Assembly: GCA_031552145.1 (NCBI GenBank) | Contig: JAVBMV010000010.1 | Span: 48,027 to 112,026, forward strand | Reading direction: 5' to 3' | DNA: 64,000 nucleotides | DNA from: Myxococcales bacterium | GTDB taxonomy: Bacteria > Myxococcota > Myxococcia > Myxococcales > UBA5297 | Shown here: one piece after another, positions 14,715-25,900 of the stretch | Layout: each line of letters opens with the position of its first letter | Numbering within the stretch: the stretch's first letter is position 1 | Notes under the pieces: model-generated | The model's input: the letters and a program-made list of their open reading frames with translations, nothing else | Databases searched by the model: none | Told to the model about the DNA's origin: nothing | Made by a program: the position numbers and the translations under genes

Positions 14715-15824
14715 CTACCGGTGAATGATCTTGTCCTGAAGGAAGCGCCCCAGAATGCGCGCAGTCTCCAGCCGAGTCATGGAGGAGAGGTCAAAGAGAT
14801 CTTCGTAAGTGGCGACGCCGTCTATCATCGAGAGCAGAAAACCTTCCCGATCGTTGAGGTTGAGCCAGGCAAGGTCCCCAGAGCCCGCGCTGACCCGCGG
14901 GCTGGAGCGCAGGTCCCCCAGCTTGCTCTCGTACATCGCGACGAGCACCTGCTCGCACTTACATTGAAGTTCTTTGGCGCGCACATTGTGTGGATCGAGT
15001 TTGAGTACCTTGTCTAGGTAGACGTAGGCGCCCGAGTGATCGTCGAAGGTCAGGCGATCCTTCGCCCGTGCGAGCAACACCTCGACATCGTCGGTGTCGG
15101 CCTCGGTCATCTGCTCGAGGCCCGTGATCAGCAGCAGCTCTCCCGAGAATAGATTCTCCTCGGAGGAATCGATGGGCTCGTCGAGCGAGAAGAGCGGCGC
15201 GGACCGTCGCGCCGCGGGTGCAACGGGTGCCGCAGCGGGCGCGGGCAGTGGTGTCGGCGTTCGCTTTCCCAGAGTAATCATCTCCTCGGGTATTCGAGGC
15301 TTCTGCGACTCGGCCGACACCTCCTTGACGGCGCCGCTCTTGGCGGCTGCAACTCTGGAGGGTGCTAGGCCCAAGACAGGAGCAGGCGTTGGCCGGGAGG
15401 GTGAAGGGGGGGCGGCACTCACAATGTGGGGAAGGCTCGCGCGAACGCTTGTTTTTGCTTTCTCCTGGGCCTTCTCCTGACGCTCGGCTTGCGCCTTCTG
15501 GGCAATGGGCACCACGCCGAACTCGGCGGTTCTGTTCGGGCGCTTCGCAAAATTGGTCAGCTCCTCGAGAGAGGTGCCGAAGGTGCTGGGCGTGAGCTGT
15601 AGCCCAGTGCTGGCCTTCTCGGGCGGAGCGAAAGGATCGTTGCGGCGGGACCTCCCTGGCGCCCTCATCGCCGCCTTCAGCGCCTCGAGCATCTCGAGCG
15701 CGGGCAGGTTCCCCGAGTCTATGTGCAAAACCTCGCTGAAGGCGTCGAACGCCCCCGCGAGGTCTCCGGCCTGCTGCTTGGCAAGCGCCGCCTCGATCAG
15801 TGTTTGTATTGGCCCGGGTTGCAT
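14715..15824 (-). CDS. Hypothetical protein: TPR-like repeats, Pro/Ala-rich linker, C-terminal wHTH-like domain
   Basis: TPR-like helices at both ends; C-terminal GFLLSMIDG motif of a type seen in myxobacterial proteins; start uncertain (15824 or 15842). Confidence 0.7.
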   Translation of the reverse strand: MQPGPIQTLIEAALAKQQAGDLAGAFDAFSEVLHIDSGNLPALEMLEALKAAMRAPGRSRRNDPFAPPEKASTGLQLTPSTFGTSLEELTNFAKRPNRTAEFGVVPIAQKAQAERQEKAQEKAKTSVRASLPHIVSAAPPSPSRPTPAPVLGLAPSRVAAAKSGAVKEVSAESQKPRIPEEMITLGKRTPTPLPAPAAAPVAPAARRSAPLFSLDEPIDSSEENLFSGELLLITGLEQMTEADTDDVEVLLARAKDRLTFDDHSGAYVYLDKVLKLDPHNVRAKELQCKCEQVLVAMYESKLGDLRSSPRVSAGSGDLAWLNLNDREGFLLSMIDGVATYEDLFDLSSMTRLETARILGRFLQDKIIHR

Positions 15825-15874
15825 CGCCTTTCGAGGATACAACGGGCGAAACCTACATGCGAAAAAGCTGCCTG

Positions 15875-16621
15875 CTACATGAGCAGGCCACCGTTCACTC
15901 TGAGAACTTCGCCGGTGACGTAGGAGGCCCCCTCTGAGGCGAGAAAGCAGACGGCATGAGCGACCTCTTCTGGCCTTCCCATACGTCCCAGGGGGATGTT
16001 CTCCAACATCCTTTCGCGCGCCTCACCTGCGATCCGCTCCGTCATCGAGGTCTCGATGAACCCTGGAGAGACAGCATTGGCGCGGATGTTCCATCTGGAG
16101 AGCTCGCGGGCGATGGAGCGCGTGAAGCCCTCGATTGCCGCCTTGGTCGAGGCGTAGGCCGCCTGACCGGCGTTGCCCATCTCGCCAACGACAGAGGAGA
16201 TCGAGACGATGGAGCCGCGCCGCGCCCGCATCATGTGGCGGACCGCTATCTTCGTGAGGTTGAAGGTGCCCTCGACGTTGACGGCGAACTGCCTCCGCCA
16301 GTCTTCGGCCTTGTAGCGGACGAGCAGGCCATCCAGCGCGATGCCAGCGTTGTTCACCAGGACGTCGAGCTTCCCATGCACCTCTACGGCGCCGTCGACT
16401 GCGCGAGCCGCCCCCTCTGCGTCGGCGACATCCAGGTGAAGAAGGCTGGCACGCCCGCCCGCCGCCTCGATCTCGCGCGCCGTCTCGCGCGCGCCCTCTT
16501 CGCTCGTGGAGTAACCGACCAGCACCGTGGCGCCACGCCGCCCAAACTCGATGGAACAGGCCCGGCCGATCCCCTTGGAGCCGCCCGAGATCAATACCAC
16601 CGCTCCGCCGAACTCCGTCAT
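15875..16621 (-). CDS. fabG: 3-oxoacyl-ACP reductase
   Basis: GGSKGIG, NNAG, YASTK, PGFIET; GGAGG RBS before the ATG at 16621. Confidence 0.93.
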   Translation of the reverse strand: MTEFGGAVVLISGGSKGIGRACSIEFGRRGATVLVGYSTSEEGARETAREIEAAGGRASLLHLDVADAEGAARAVDGAVEVHGKLDVLVNNAGIALDGLLVRYKAEDWRRQFAVNVEGTFNLTKIAVRHMMRARRGSIVSISSVVGEMGNAGQAAYASTKAAIEGFTRSIARELSRWNIRANAVSPGFIETSMTERIAGEARERMLENIPLGRMGRPEEVAHAVCFLASEGASYVTGEVLRVNGGLLM

Positions 16622-16638
16622 CCGCGCCTCCAGGCAGG

Positions 16639-17685
16639 TCAAGCCTGCTTTGTGCCGCCGGCCCTGGCAGCCATTCCCATTCCTATCATGGCGGCGCGAT
16701 AGCGCGCTGCCGCCGCGGCCATGCCCCCGAGCGGCGCCGCCGCCGCGAGTTCATTGGCGATACCCAACGCGCCAACGATCCCCTTGGCCGACGAGCTGCC
16801 ATGCGCCACCACGCAGAGGCCATTGACCCCGAGTAGCGCAGCGCCGTTCAGCTCCGACCAATCGAGCTCTCGCCTGAGGCCGCCGAGCGACTTTACGAGC
16901 AACGAGACGGCAAGCCTGGCGATGGGGCGAGAAGAGAGCTCGCGCTTCAAGCTGGTCTTCAGCAACTCCTGCGCTCCCTCCGCCGCCTTGAGAACCATGT
17001 TCCCGGTGAAGCCATCGGTCACCGCTACATCGATCTCTCCGGAGCAGAGCCGCCTGGGCTCGACATAGCCGGCGAAGTCGAGGTCCGAGCGCTCCAGCAG
17101 CGCATAGGCTCTCCGCGTACTCTCCGTGCCCTTGCTCCGCTCCTCGCCGTTCGAGAGGAGCGCGACGCGAGCTCTTCGCCCCAAGAGGGACGCGGCAAAG
17201 GCTTCGCCCAGGAAGGCGTGCTGAAGGAGGTGCTCCGCCGCGCACTCGACACTGGCGCCCGTATCTAAAAGCACTACCCGTTTTCCCATGGCCGTCGGGA
17301 GGCGGGCCGCCAGCGGCGGACGCTCTACTCCCTCGAGCCGCCCGAGCAGCGAACGCGCCGAGGCGACGGTCGCTCCAGAGCTCCCTGCCGAGACCACGGC
17401 GTCCGCTTGCCCCCTGGCCAGAAGCTCCATACAAGCGTTGATGGAGGAGTCGCGCTTCTCGCGCAGCACCACGCTGGGTGCCTCGTCCATGGCGGCCACT
17501 TGGGTGGCATGGTGCAGCGCGAGCCTACCCGCGCCACCCAGGCGGCTCAGGTGAGCCTCCATAACACCGGTGTCGCCTACGAGTAACAGCTCACATCGCG
17601 GGTGAGCACGTGCGAAGAGCAGTGCCCCCTCGATCGCCACGGAAGGGCCGAAGTCACCTCCCATGGCGTCGAACGCAAGGCGCAT
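16639..17685 (-). CDS. plsX: Phosphate acyltransferase PlsX
   Basis: DAMGGDFGP, SAGSSG, NGEERSKG, DGFTGN, HGSS. Confidence 0.93.
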   Translation of the reverse strand: MRLAFDAMGGDFGPSVAIEGALLFARAHPRCELLLVGDTGVMEAHLSRLGGAGRLALHHATQVAAMDEAPSVVLREKRDSSINACMELLARGQADAVVSAGSSGATVASARSLLGRLEGVERPPLAARLPTAMGKRVVLLDTGASVECAAEHLLQHAFLGEAFAASLLGRRARVALLSNGEERSKGTESTRRAYALLERSDLDFAGYVEPRRLCSGEIDVAVTDGFTGNMVLKAAEGAQELLKTSLKRELSSRPIARLAVSLLVKSLGGLRRELDWSELNGAALLGVNGLCVVAHGSSSAKGIVGALGIANELAAAAPLGGMAAAAARYRAAMIGMGMAARAGGTKQA

Positions 17686-17762
17686 AACTTCCTATTCGGC
17701 ATGAAGGCGCGCCAAGCGCACCTTCGCCGACAGAGCAATGCCTACTTCAGAAACCTCGACCC

Positions 17763-17945
17763 CTACTCGGCCGCGGCGAGCACCGGGCGCTGATTGTAAG
17801 TGCCGCAGTTCTTGCAAACGATGTGCGGAACGAGCGGCTCGCCGCACTTGGGGCAACTCGAGACATTGACCGGAGTCATCTTCGAGTTTGCCGCGCGCCG
17901 CCTGTCGCGGCGCATTGAGGACGTTCTCTTCTTCGGGACACCCAC
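17763..17945 (-). CDS. rpmF: 50S ribosomal protein L32
   Basis: GVPKKRTS..CPKCG..HIVCKNCG; GTG start after AAGGAG. Confidence 0.95.
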   Translation of the reverse strand: MGVPKKRTSSMRRDRRRAANSKMTPVNVSSCPKCGEPLVPHIVCKNCGTYNQRPVLAAAE

Positions 17946-18026
17946 TGTAGTACTCCTTACCAGTTGCCTAGAACGGGCAGAAACTCCCGTTTTCAATAGC
18001 CAAAGTCAAGGGCCACGCGCCCCCTC

Positions 18027-18620
18027 TCACACCTTTATGGTCCGGAGGGCCGCCCAGCGTGGATCGGGGACCGTGCGCTCACAGCCGCAGTCGCCGGCGT
18101 TCAGCTCGCTCCCACAGAGCGGGCAGAGCCCCTTGCAGACCTCGTCGCAGAGCAGATCCATGGGGAGCTCGAGCAGTAACTCCTCGCGCAGCAGCGGCGC
18201 GAGCTCGATCTTGCGCCCATCGAAGAGGTCGACCTCCGACTCGTCCAGCGCGAAGGAGGAGCCGCGCTCCCCGCTGCCGCCGTCCTCTCGACTCGCGCTG
18301 TGCGCCCCCGCCGCGCGCTCGTCATCTCGAGCAGCCCTGCCCTCCTCCACCAGCGTGCGCTCCAGCGACAGCGCGAGTTCGAAGGAAACCTCCTTCAGGC
18401 ATCGCTTACAGGGAGCGCGCAGCGCAATCGTTGCGCGGGCGCGCACCAAGACTCCTCCGGGTGCACGGCTCAACCTCGCCTCGACCCTCGCGGGCCCACG
18501 AGGGCGTGCGCTCTCCGGGAAGCCCTCGGGCTGCGCGAGCCACTCGGATAGCAACGCCTCGCTCAGCTCCTCCGAGAGCTCCAGCCCCTTCTCACCGATC
18601 TCTTCAATCTGGACGATCAT
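18027..18620 (-). CDS. yceD: YceD/DUF177 protein
   Basis: [26 protein letters not shown]; upstream of rpmF. Confidence 0.9.
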   Translation of the reverse strand: MIVQIEEIGEKGLELSEELSEALLSEWLAQPEGFPESARPRGPARVEARLSRAPGGVLVRARATIALRAPCKRCLKEVSFELALSLERTLVEEGRAARDDERAAGAHSASREDGGSGERGSSFALDESEVDLFDGRKIELAPLLREELLLELPMDLLCDEVCKGLCPLCGSELNAGDCGCERTVPDPRWAALRTIKV

Positions 18621-19653
18621 TCGAAACCACCTCCAACTGCTCCGCCTCGCCGCGCTGCGCCGGCCCATGCGCGGCTTCGATGGAATCGAGCGGACGCCTT
18701 CCCACCTCGAAACGATCGTAGGCCCGCACGATCTCTTGAACCAGCGGGTGGCGCACCACATCCACCTCGGTGAAATAGCAGAACTTCAGCCCCTGCACGG
18801 CGTCGAGCGCGCGCTGCGCCTCGACGAGGCCGGAGGCCCTCCCCGAGGGCAGATCGATCTGGGTCACATCCCCTGTCACCACCGCCTTCGAGCCATAGCC
18901 GAGGCGCGTGAGGAACATCTTCATCTGCTCGTGTGTGGTGTTCTGCGCTTCGTCGAGGATCACGAAGGCATCGTTCAGCGTGCGCCCGCGCATGAAGGCG
19001 AGCGGCGCAACCTCGATGAGCCCCCGCTCGAGCAGGTCAGCCACGCGCTCCCGCTCCAACATATCGCCGAGCGCGTCGTAGAGCGGCCGAAGGTAGGGAT
19101 CGACCTTCTCCGCGATGTCGCCTGGCAGGAAGCCCAGCTTCTCCCCCGCCTCGACCGCCGGTCGAGTCAGGACGATCCGCTTGACCCGCCGCTCGGCAAA
19201 GGCCGCGGCGGCCATCGCGACAGCGAGCCAGGTCTTTCCCGTGCCCGCCGGCCCGATGCCAAAGACTACGTCGTGCTTCCGCATCGCCTCGACATAGTGC
19301 TTCTGCGCGAGCCCCTTGGGCGCAATCGGGCGCTTGCGACTCGAGACCAGGATCGTGTCGAGGAAAACCTCGGAGAGGCTGGCCTCCGCGCTGCCCGAGA
19401 GCACCTTGATCGACTGATCGATATCGGCGGCATAGAGGTGGTAGCCGCTCTGGAGCAACCCATAGAGCTCTCGAAGCAGCCGCTCGGCGAAGGCGACCGC
19501 CTCTCCCTCTCCCGAGAGATGAAGCTGTCCGCCGCGCTGGCCCAGCCCGACGCCCAACCTTCGCTCGATGAGCCGGAGGTTCTCGTTTTGACCACCACAT
19601 AGTTGGCGCACGAGTTCGTTATCACTGAACTCGACGCGGGACGCTTGCAGCAT
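18604..19653 (-). CDS. phoH: PhoH-family ATPase (KH plus PhoH)
   Basis: [33 protein letters not shown]. Confidence 0.95.
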   Translation of the reverse strand: MLQASRVEFSDNELVRQLCGGQNENLRLIERRLGVGLGQRGGQLHLSGEGEAVAFAERLLRELYGLLQSGYHLYAADIDQSIKVLSGSAEASLSEVFLDTILVSSRKRPIAPKGLAQKHYVEAMRKHDVVFGIGPAGTGKTWLAVAMAAAAFAERRVKRIVLTRPAVEAGEKLGFLPGDIAEKVDPYLRPLYDALGDMLERERVADLLERGLIEVAPLAFMRGRTLNDAFVILDEAQNTTHEQMKMFLTRLGYGSKAVVTGDVTQIDLPSGRASGLVEAQRALDAVQGLKFCYFTEVDVVRHPLVQEIVRAYDRFEVGRRPLDSIEAAHGPAQRGEAEQLEVVSNDRPD

Positions 19654-19705
19654 TCGTTACACTCCAGCCAGCGACGCACCCTCGGGTACTGCCGCGGCAG
19701 TTCCT

Positions 19706-20809
19706 CTACTCGAGTGGAGGGAGCAGGCGATAGCCCCCGCCCTCCAACCGCTCGTAGTGGTACGCCTCCCGCCAGGGATAACGCAGCTCCTCTGCCCGCA
19801 GAATCCCTAGCTCCACCAGGTCTTCGAGCGCCCGGGGAAGCGCTCCCTTGCGCACCTCGTACTCGGCGACCGCCGTCTCGATGCGAGAGACCTGCGCTCG
19901 CCCCATCTGGACCGGGATCGCAGCGTTCGGAGAAGCCTGTGCGATGAGCGCCTCTATCTGCGCGATCCAGGTCGCGACGAGGCCCACGAGCAGCAGACCG
20001 ACCGCGAGCCTGGAGGCCACGGGGACGACCCAGGCGCGCCAGGAGAAGGCGCTCGAGCTGGAGCCTTGCGCAGCGCCCTCGCTCACAGCCAGGTACCCGC
20101 CGACCAGCAGGTTGAGCAGCGCCTTGCATGCCTCGAACTCTCCCAACCTGGAGCGATCGATGATCGCGCGGACGGTCTGATCGGGCTCCGCGAGCTGGTA
20201 GACAGCCGTCTCGTTCGCGCCGACCGATGAATCGCTCTCGGCACCGAAGCCATTGTCGAGCGCGGAGGGAAGCGGCGCGACGCGCTCGAAGGTCAAGCCG
20301 TCGTGAGAGATCCTCCGCCGGATCAAGGGCCATTCGTCGATGCGCCGAAAGGCCTCCATCAGGACGCTATCGGAAGGGATGGGCGTGATGTTGTTCGCGT
20401 CCACCTCGACTCCGGCGGCCTCGAACTCGTAGCGCCCGTTCTTCCAGGAGAAGAGGCGATAGAGCGTCTCGGTCGTCTGCAGATGCGCCATCTGCTTGAG
20501 CGCCTCGACCTCGATGATGCCCTTGGTGACCAGCAGGTCGCCCAGGCGCTTCAGCGTGCGCTTCTGCTCCTCGAGCGCGGTGGAGAGCTGCTCCTCGGTG
20601 ATGTAGCCCGCCCTCAGGAGCATGTCGCCGATCAGCTCCTTGCGCTTCCTCGTCGCGCTCTCGGTACGGACGACGCAGCCATCCTTGAAGGAGACATGCA
20701 CCTCGCTCTCGCGCTCGGTGAGGTGGAGAATCCCTGTCTTTCCCTGCTGCCCGATGAGCTGGAAGATGTCGGCGATGCCGAAGTCCTTGAGTGTTCCCTT
20801 CAGGGCCAC
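19706..20809 (-). CDS. DUF4388-domain membrane-anchored protein
   Basis: ALKGTLKDFGIADIFQLI..KTGIL; LFSWKNGRYEF; one TM near the C-terminus; GTG start. Confidence 0.85.
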   Translation of the reverse strand: MALKGTLKDFGIADIFQLIGQQGKTGILHLTERESEVHVSFKDGCVVRTESATRKRKELIGDMLLRAGYITEEQLSTALEEQKRTLKRLGDLLVTKGIIEVEALKQMAHLQTTETLYRLFSWKNGRYEFEAAGVEVDANNITPIPSDSVLMEAFRRIDEWPLIRRRISHDGLTFERVAPLPSALDNGFGAESDSSVGANETAVYQLAEPDQTVRAIIDRSRLGEFEACKALLNLLVGGYLAVSEGAAQGSSSSAFSWRAWVVPVASRLAVGLLLVGLVATWIAQIEALIAQASPNAAIPVQMGRAQVSRIETAVAEYEVRKGALPRALEDLVELGILRAEELRYPWREAYHYERLEGGGYRLLPPLE

Positions 20810-20817
20810 GTCTTCTC

Positions 20818-22818
20818 CTATCTGATGGTTTGTTTCAGCTCGCTGCGGGCGGAGCGAGCGGAGAGGAGGTGGACGCTCAGCGCGAGCAACAGCGCAGGGA
20901 TCGCATAGACGGGGAGAGGGATCTCGCCGACGGGCGGGCGGAGCCAGAGCCGCTCGGGAAAGAAGACCCCGACGAGCAACAGCGTGACGACGAGGAGCCT
21001 GACCGCCCCCGAGAATGGTCTCCCGAGCAGCACCTGCCCCGAGCCGGGGATCAGGAGCGATACGACGGTGAAGCGCGTGTCGCGCCACGCCTGATAGCGC
21101 CTGATCTGCCCCTCCTTCTTGCCCCGCACCGAAGGGTCGACCTTGTTGGGACGAAGGAAGACGTGGATGCACTGACCGCAGAGTCCTGCCCCGGTCACCT
21201 CTTCGTCGCAGCGCACGCAGACCGCTCGCCCACATTTTGTGCAGGAGCTGCTCGGCATCGAGCGAAAAACCATCAGACCGCAGAGCAGCAGGAGCGCGAC
21301 GAGCGCGAACCCTTGGAAGGGCCAGAGCCCCATGGGGATGAGCGAGCCGAAGAGCGCGCGCCCCGACCATCGCAGCAGCTCGCGTGCCGCCTCGTCGTCG
21401 CGCGTGAGGTTGCGAACCTCCTCTAGCCCGAGCGGCATGGCTCTGAAAAACCGGTTGGTCGCGAGACTCTCCGTCCTGTCGAGCTCCAGCGCCAGCGCGG
21501 GATCGATCGCGCTGAGCGCCCGCGCGAAGTCGCTCCCCTTGGTTCGAGCGGCGCTCGCCTCTTCGACCGAGAGCTGCCCCTTCGAGCGCAGGGTGTGAAA
21601 GCGGGAGAGGTTGAAGAGCGCCTGCGCCTTGCCCTCGCCGCCCTCGGCGACCCGGCTCCAGGCATCATTGGCCCCCTCCAAGTCACCCAGCATGAAGAGC
21701 GCATGACCCAGCTCGATCAGGACCGCTGGAGAGCGCGGACGTGACTCGGCGGCGAGGCGCAGCCAGCGGGCGCCCTCCGAGGCGTTCCCCAGGCGCCGCG
21801 CTCTTCGCCCAATGGCGAAGGCGACCTCGAAGGGCGGATCGGGGCGGTCGCGCAGTCGGGAGAGCGCTTCGCGCTGCGCCTGACCCTCGTAGCCGCCACG
21901 TTCGGCCAGATAGACGGTCTCGGCGTCGCTGCCAGCGAAGTTGGTCCCCTTTGCGCCCAACCACACAAAATAAGGGAGCGCCGAGACAAACAGCAGCAAA
22001 ACGGCGAGGAGGACCCGTTCGCTCCGGCGCGCGTAATACCAGATGGCCACCGTGACGAAGGCGAAGAGACTGAAGGGGCCCATGCCAAAGAGCAGTGGCA
22101 TGGGCAGCAACAGGGCGAGCAGGAGCGCGCTCTGCCAGAGCCAGCTTCGCCTGGGCATGCGGTGCGTCACATCATGCAGCACGTTCCGCGCGACGCCAGC
22201 CGCAATGAGCAGAAGAAGCAGAGATGCGGCGATACCGAGGGCGACGCTCGATACCAAGACCAAGTTGAAGAGCGCCACGCTGCTCCAGCGCGGCTCCGCC
22301 GCGGTCACCTTGATGGCGGCCCAAGCGGCCTTGAAGGGCCTGTCGAGATGGACGAAGTCCTCGTTCCATGTCGCGCGTGCCAAGGTCCAGTGTGCGTGCG
22401 GCAGATCAGGAGCGACGCGCGTCGCGAGACCTGCGCGGCGAACCGCCTCGGCGGGATCGACTCGGAAGAGGCGAACCGACTCGACGCAGAGCGCCGACGC
22501 ATAGGCAAAGAGGTTCTCGAAGCCCAGGTCCTGGCGCAGCGCCAGCAGCCGCTCCTCGGCCTCGATGATGGCGCGCGACTGGTGCATCTCGATCGCGCGC
22601 GCGCGCTCTTCCCAGACCCCCCGGAGCGCCTCCTCTCCCTGTGCCGGAGGCGGCAGCAATGTGCCGGGAGCAGGAACCTCCTCCTTTGGAGGCTCGGCCG
22701 CCACCTCGGCAGCGGGCGCCTCGGCGCGCGCCGAAGAGAGTCCGGGCGCGAAGGACCCGAGAGAGAGGGCCGCTATGGCGAGGGCCAAAGATGGCCTGCT
22801 CTTCTGGAGAATGGTCAT
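20818..22818 (-). CDS. TPR-containing multi-pass membrane protein with C-terminal Cys cluster
   Basis: Signal-like N-terminus, TPR-like helices, TM segments, CTKCGRAVCVRC..CGQC. Confidence 0.8.
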   Translation of the reverse strand: MTILQKSRPSLALAIAALSLGSFAPGLSSARAEAPAAEVAAEPPKEEVPAPGTLLPPPAQGEEALRGVWEERARAIEMHQSRAIIEAEERLLALRQDLGFENLFAYASALCVESVRLFRVDPAEAVRRAGLATRVAPDLPHAHWTLARATWNEDFVHLDRPFKAAWAAIKVTAAEPRWSSVALFNLVLVSSVALGIAASLLLLLIAAGVARNVLHDVTHRMPRRSWLWQSALLLALLLPMPLLFGMGPFSLFAFVTVAIWYYARRSERVLLAVLLLFVSALPYFVWLGAKGTNFAGSDAETVYLAERGGYEGQAQREALSRLRDRPDPPFEVAFAIGRRARRLGNASEGARWLRLAAESRPRSPAVLIELGHALFMLGDLEGANDAWSRVAEGGEGKAQALFNLSRFHTLRSKGQLSVEEASAARTKGSDFARALSAIDPALALELDRTESLATNRFFRAMPLGLEEVRNLTRDDEAARELLRWSGRALFGSLIPMGLWPFQGFALVALLLLCGLMVFRSMPSSSCTKCGRAVCVRCDEEVTGAGLCGQCIHVFLRPNKVDPSVRGKKEGQIRRYQAWRDTRFTVVSLLIPGSGQVLLGRPFSGAVRLLVVTLLLVGVFFPERLWLRPPVGEIPLPVYAIPALLLALSVHLLSARSARSELKQTIR

Positions 22819-22918
22819 GTCGGCGCGTTCTGCTCGGAGACTGTTCGTCTCATACTACCCGCGCGACGAAGAGGGGAGTAAAAAACAACCATTCCAGAAC
22901 AATGGAGGAGTGCGCCCC

Positions 22919-24469
22919 TCATCGCCGAGGACTCTCTTCGGGCGGCTCGGAGATCACGGTGCTCTTTCCCGCCTTGACGAGGACGCGCCTCTTGACGATT
23001 TCGCCGCCGGCGACCTGAAGATACAAGAGCCGCCGTCCCGCGGGGAGCGTGAGCGTTGCCTTCGGGCTCGCCTCGAATAGGGGTCCGACTCTGCCAGGGG
23101 CGACCTCGGCCCGGACGGTGCCCCACGGCCTGATCATCACGGTGAGCTGCCCCGTGGGCGCCTCTCTCGACTCGCCCCGCTCTTCGGAGAGCGCCTGCTC
23201 CGCGCGGAGCTCTTGATCGGGCTCTTGCGCGGGCACGACAGGCTCACCCTCATCAGCGCCTCGTTGCGGCACCTCGTCCATGACGACCGCCTCGGCAACC
23301 ACGCCGAGGTCGGTGGCCGCGCTGGGCGTCGGCCTCTCCTGAGCGACTGGCGCGCGCAATTCCTCCGGCGTCTTGAAGAAGTTTTGGAGAAGCAGGGCGA
23401 GCGCGGCCAATGACAACAGCGCCGCGGCCAAGAGAAGCGGACGCCGCCACCGCGCCGGACGCGCATTCGGGCGATGTTGGGCGGTCTCCAGGGAGGGCGC
23501 GAGGAGCGGGGCGGGGGGAGGCGTGCCTAGGATGCGTTTGAGGAAGGAGGCCACGTCACTGTCGGCGGGCCCCTTCGCGTCGCGGTGCAGCGCCTCCTCG
23601 AGCGCCTCGGCGAACGCCTCCGCCGATTGGTAGCGCGCATTTGGGTCGCGCTCGAGCGCGCGCATGAGCACCTCGGAGAGGCTGCGCGGGAAGGCGTCGT
23701 CCATGCGGTGCGGCGGCGGCAAATTTCGAGAGATGACCGCCTGCTGGATTGAACTCCTGTCGGCGGCGTCGAAGGCGGGGCGAGCCATCGTCCGAGCCGC
23801 CTCGTAGAGCGTGACGCCTAGCGAGAAGATGTCGCTCCTCGCGTCGAGCGGCGCGCCCGAGATCTGCTCGGGCGACATATAATGCAGCTTCCCCTTCAGT
23901 ACCCCCGCGTCGGTGTGGCGCTCCGCGGGGCGCGCGATGCCGAAATCGGTCAGCAAGACGCCGCCCGTATAGGAGAGCAGCACATTCTGGGGTGAAACGT
24001 CGCGGTGGATCAGGTGGAGCGGCGCCCCGCTGGGCCCTGGGACCTCCCACGCGTGGGCGAGCCCCCGCGCCACCTTGGCGCCGATCGAGGCGACGAGGAG
24101 CGGCGGCATCTGGAGCGGTTCTCCCTCGCCTCCCCTTCCCATCGCGCTCGCCTTGAGAATCAGCTCCCTCAGGTTGACGCCATGGACGAACTCCATCGCG
24201 AGATAGAGCTCCCCCTCCTCCTCCGCGAAGTCGAAGACGCGCACCAGGTTGGGGTGGTCGAGGTTGGCCGCAAGCGAGGCCTCTTGAACGAACATCTCCC
24301 TGAAGCCCGGCTCCAGCGCCAGCTCGGGCAGCATCCGCTTCAAGGCGACCAGTCTGCGAAAACCGTGGGTCCCGGTCGTATGCGCGGCGTAGACCTCCGC
24401 CATGCCGCCGGCAGAGAGGCGCCTGACGATCTCGTATCTCCCTAGCTTGGCTCCCGGGAACAGCTCCAA
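22919..24469 (-). CDS. Membrane Ser/Thr protein kinase
   Basis: GGMAEVY, VALK, HRDVSPQN, DFG, YMSPE; single TM; TTG start after GGGGAG. Confidence 0.93.
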   Translation of the reverse strand: MELFPGAKLGRYEIVRRLSAGGMAEVYAAHTTGTHGFRRLVALKRMLPELALEPGFREMFVQEASLAANLDHPNLVRVFDFAEEEGELYLAMEFVHGVNLRELILKASAMGRGGEGEPLQMPPLLVASIGAKVARGLAHAWEVPGPSGAPLHLIHRDVSPQNVLLSYTGGVLLTDFGIARPAERHTDAGVLKGKLHYMSPEQISGAPLDARSDIFSLGVTLYEAARTMARPAFDAADRSSIQQAVISRNLPPPHRMDDAFPRSLSEVLMRALERDPNARYQSAEAFAEALEEALHRDAKGPADSDVASFLKRILGTPPPAPLLAPSLETAQHRPNARPARWRRPLLLAAALLSLAALALLLQNFFKTPEELRAPVAQERPTPSAATDLGVVAEAVVMDEVPQRGADEGEPVVPAQEPDQELRAEQALSEERGESREAPTGQLTVMIRPWGTVRAEVAPGRVGPLFEASPKATLTLPAGRRLLYLQVAGGEIVKRRVLVKAGKSTVISEPPEESPRR

Positions 24470-24569
24470 CGATACTCCCCTGCGCTGGCGGCGTGAGCGG
24501 CCCGGCGACGCGCGCGGGCTGCGAGGCGCGATGATGCCCACGCCTTTCGTGGCAGCGCAAGGCCGGCCG

Positions 24570-25784
24570 TTACTCCAACAGTGCGGCATGGAGCGCGCGC
24601 ATCGCGCCGGGGACCTCTTCCCTGCCGACGATGAGCGCGACGCTGAGCGGCGTCGTCGCCACGCCCTGCGCGCGCACCCCAGAGTCCTCCACCGCCGCAA
24701 TCGCCGCGAGCGGCAGAGGCCGTCCGGCGCGATCGCGCGCACCCGACTCGATGGCGGACCCCACCACCGAGACCATCCCCACATTCTCCGAGAGAGACCA
24801 GGCGGCGCCACCCTTGGCACGCCATCCGGCCAGCGCGGCGCGGAGGCTGTCGAGTTCGTACGCGTCCTCCAGAGGCAGCGCAACCGACGCGCGCCCCGAC
24901 GCGCGCTCGAAGGAGAGATAACGCCCCTCCACGTCGTGTTCATCGAGGAGCTCATAGAGCGCGCGGAGCGACTCCACGGAGGCCCCTTCGAGCGTCAGGA
25001 GCGCCAGCTCCTCCATGCCCGCCACCGCGGCGACGCGGGGCGCCCGATCCTCCGCGTGGCCGGCGACGCGCGTGCCGCCGCGCGAGCCCACTGTGGCGAT
25101 GGCGTCGATGGTGATCCCCGCGCGCCGCGCGAACTCGACGGCGTGCATGTTGAGCACCCTGGCGCCGCGCGCGGAGAGCTCCTGCATCTCCTCCCAGCTC
25201 ACCTCGCGCAACACCTTGGCCTGCTCGACCACTCTGGGATCGCTGGTGAAGACGCCGTCGACGTCGGAGCAGATCTCGCAGCACTCGGCCTCGAGCGCTG
25301 CGGCGAGCGCCACCGCCGTGGTGTCGGAGCCGCCGCGCCCCAACGTAGTGATCTCGCGCCCGCGCGACACCCCTTGGTAGCCCGCGACGATGACCACGCG
25401 GCCCCGCGCCAGCTCTTCTCGAATGCGCAGCGGCCGCACCTCGATGATGCGCGCGATCGAGTGGCTCTCGCTGGTGATGATCCCCGACTGGCTGCCGGTG
25501 AAGCTGATCGCCTCGACCCCCTCTTCGCAGAGCGCCATGGAGAGCAGCGCCATCGAGATGCGCTCTCCGGCGGTGAGGAGCATGTCCAGCTCTCTGCGCG
25601 GCGGCGCGTGCGCGATCTGCTTCGCCAGGGAGAGCAGATCGTCGGTCGTGTCCCCCATGGCGGAGACCACCACCACCACGTCTGCCCCTGCTCTCTTGCG
25701 CGCCGCCACCCGCTTCGCCACTTCGCGGATCCGCTCCACGTTCGCGACCGACGACCCGCCATACTTCTGCACCACGACCGCCAC
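24570..25784 (-). CDS. lysC: Aspartate kinase
   Basis: [40 protein letters not shown]-like C-terminus. Confidence 0.93.
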   Translation of the reverse strand: MAVVVQKYGGSSVANVERIREVAKRVAARKRAGADVVVVVSAMGDTTDDLLSLAKQIAHAPPRRELDMLLTAGERISMALLSMALCEEGVEAISFTGSQSGIITSESHSIARIIEVRPLRIREELARGRVVIVAGYQGVSRGREITTLGRGGSDTTAVALAAALEAECCEICSDVDGVFTSDPRVVEQAKVLREVSWEEMQELSARGARVLNMHAVEFARRAGITIDAIATVGSRGGTRVAGHAEDRAPRVAAVAGMEELALLTLEGASVESLRALYELLDEHDVEGRYLSFERASGRASVALPLEDAYELDSLRAALAGWRAKGGAAWSLSENVGMVSVVGSAIESGARDRAGRPLPLAAIAAVEDSGVRAQGVATTPLSVALIVGREEVPGAMRALHAALLE

Positions 25785-25900
25785 TGTCCGCTCCTCGCGC
25801 CTCTATCTCGCCGGGCGCCGCCCCTACTCCTTGACTAATCTGGATCGCACCGATAATGCCGCACCCCACTACTACAGTCGGCTGCTCCTGGGAGCGAGCA

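Noticed and set aside
17800-19602. 600-aa plus-strand ORF
   Set aside because: Antisense shadow of rpmF/yceD/phoH with no motifs; expected at high GC.
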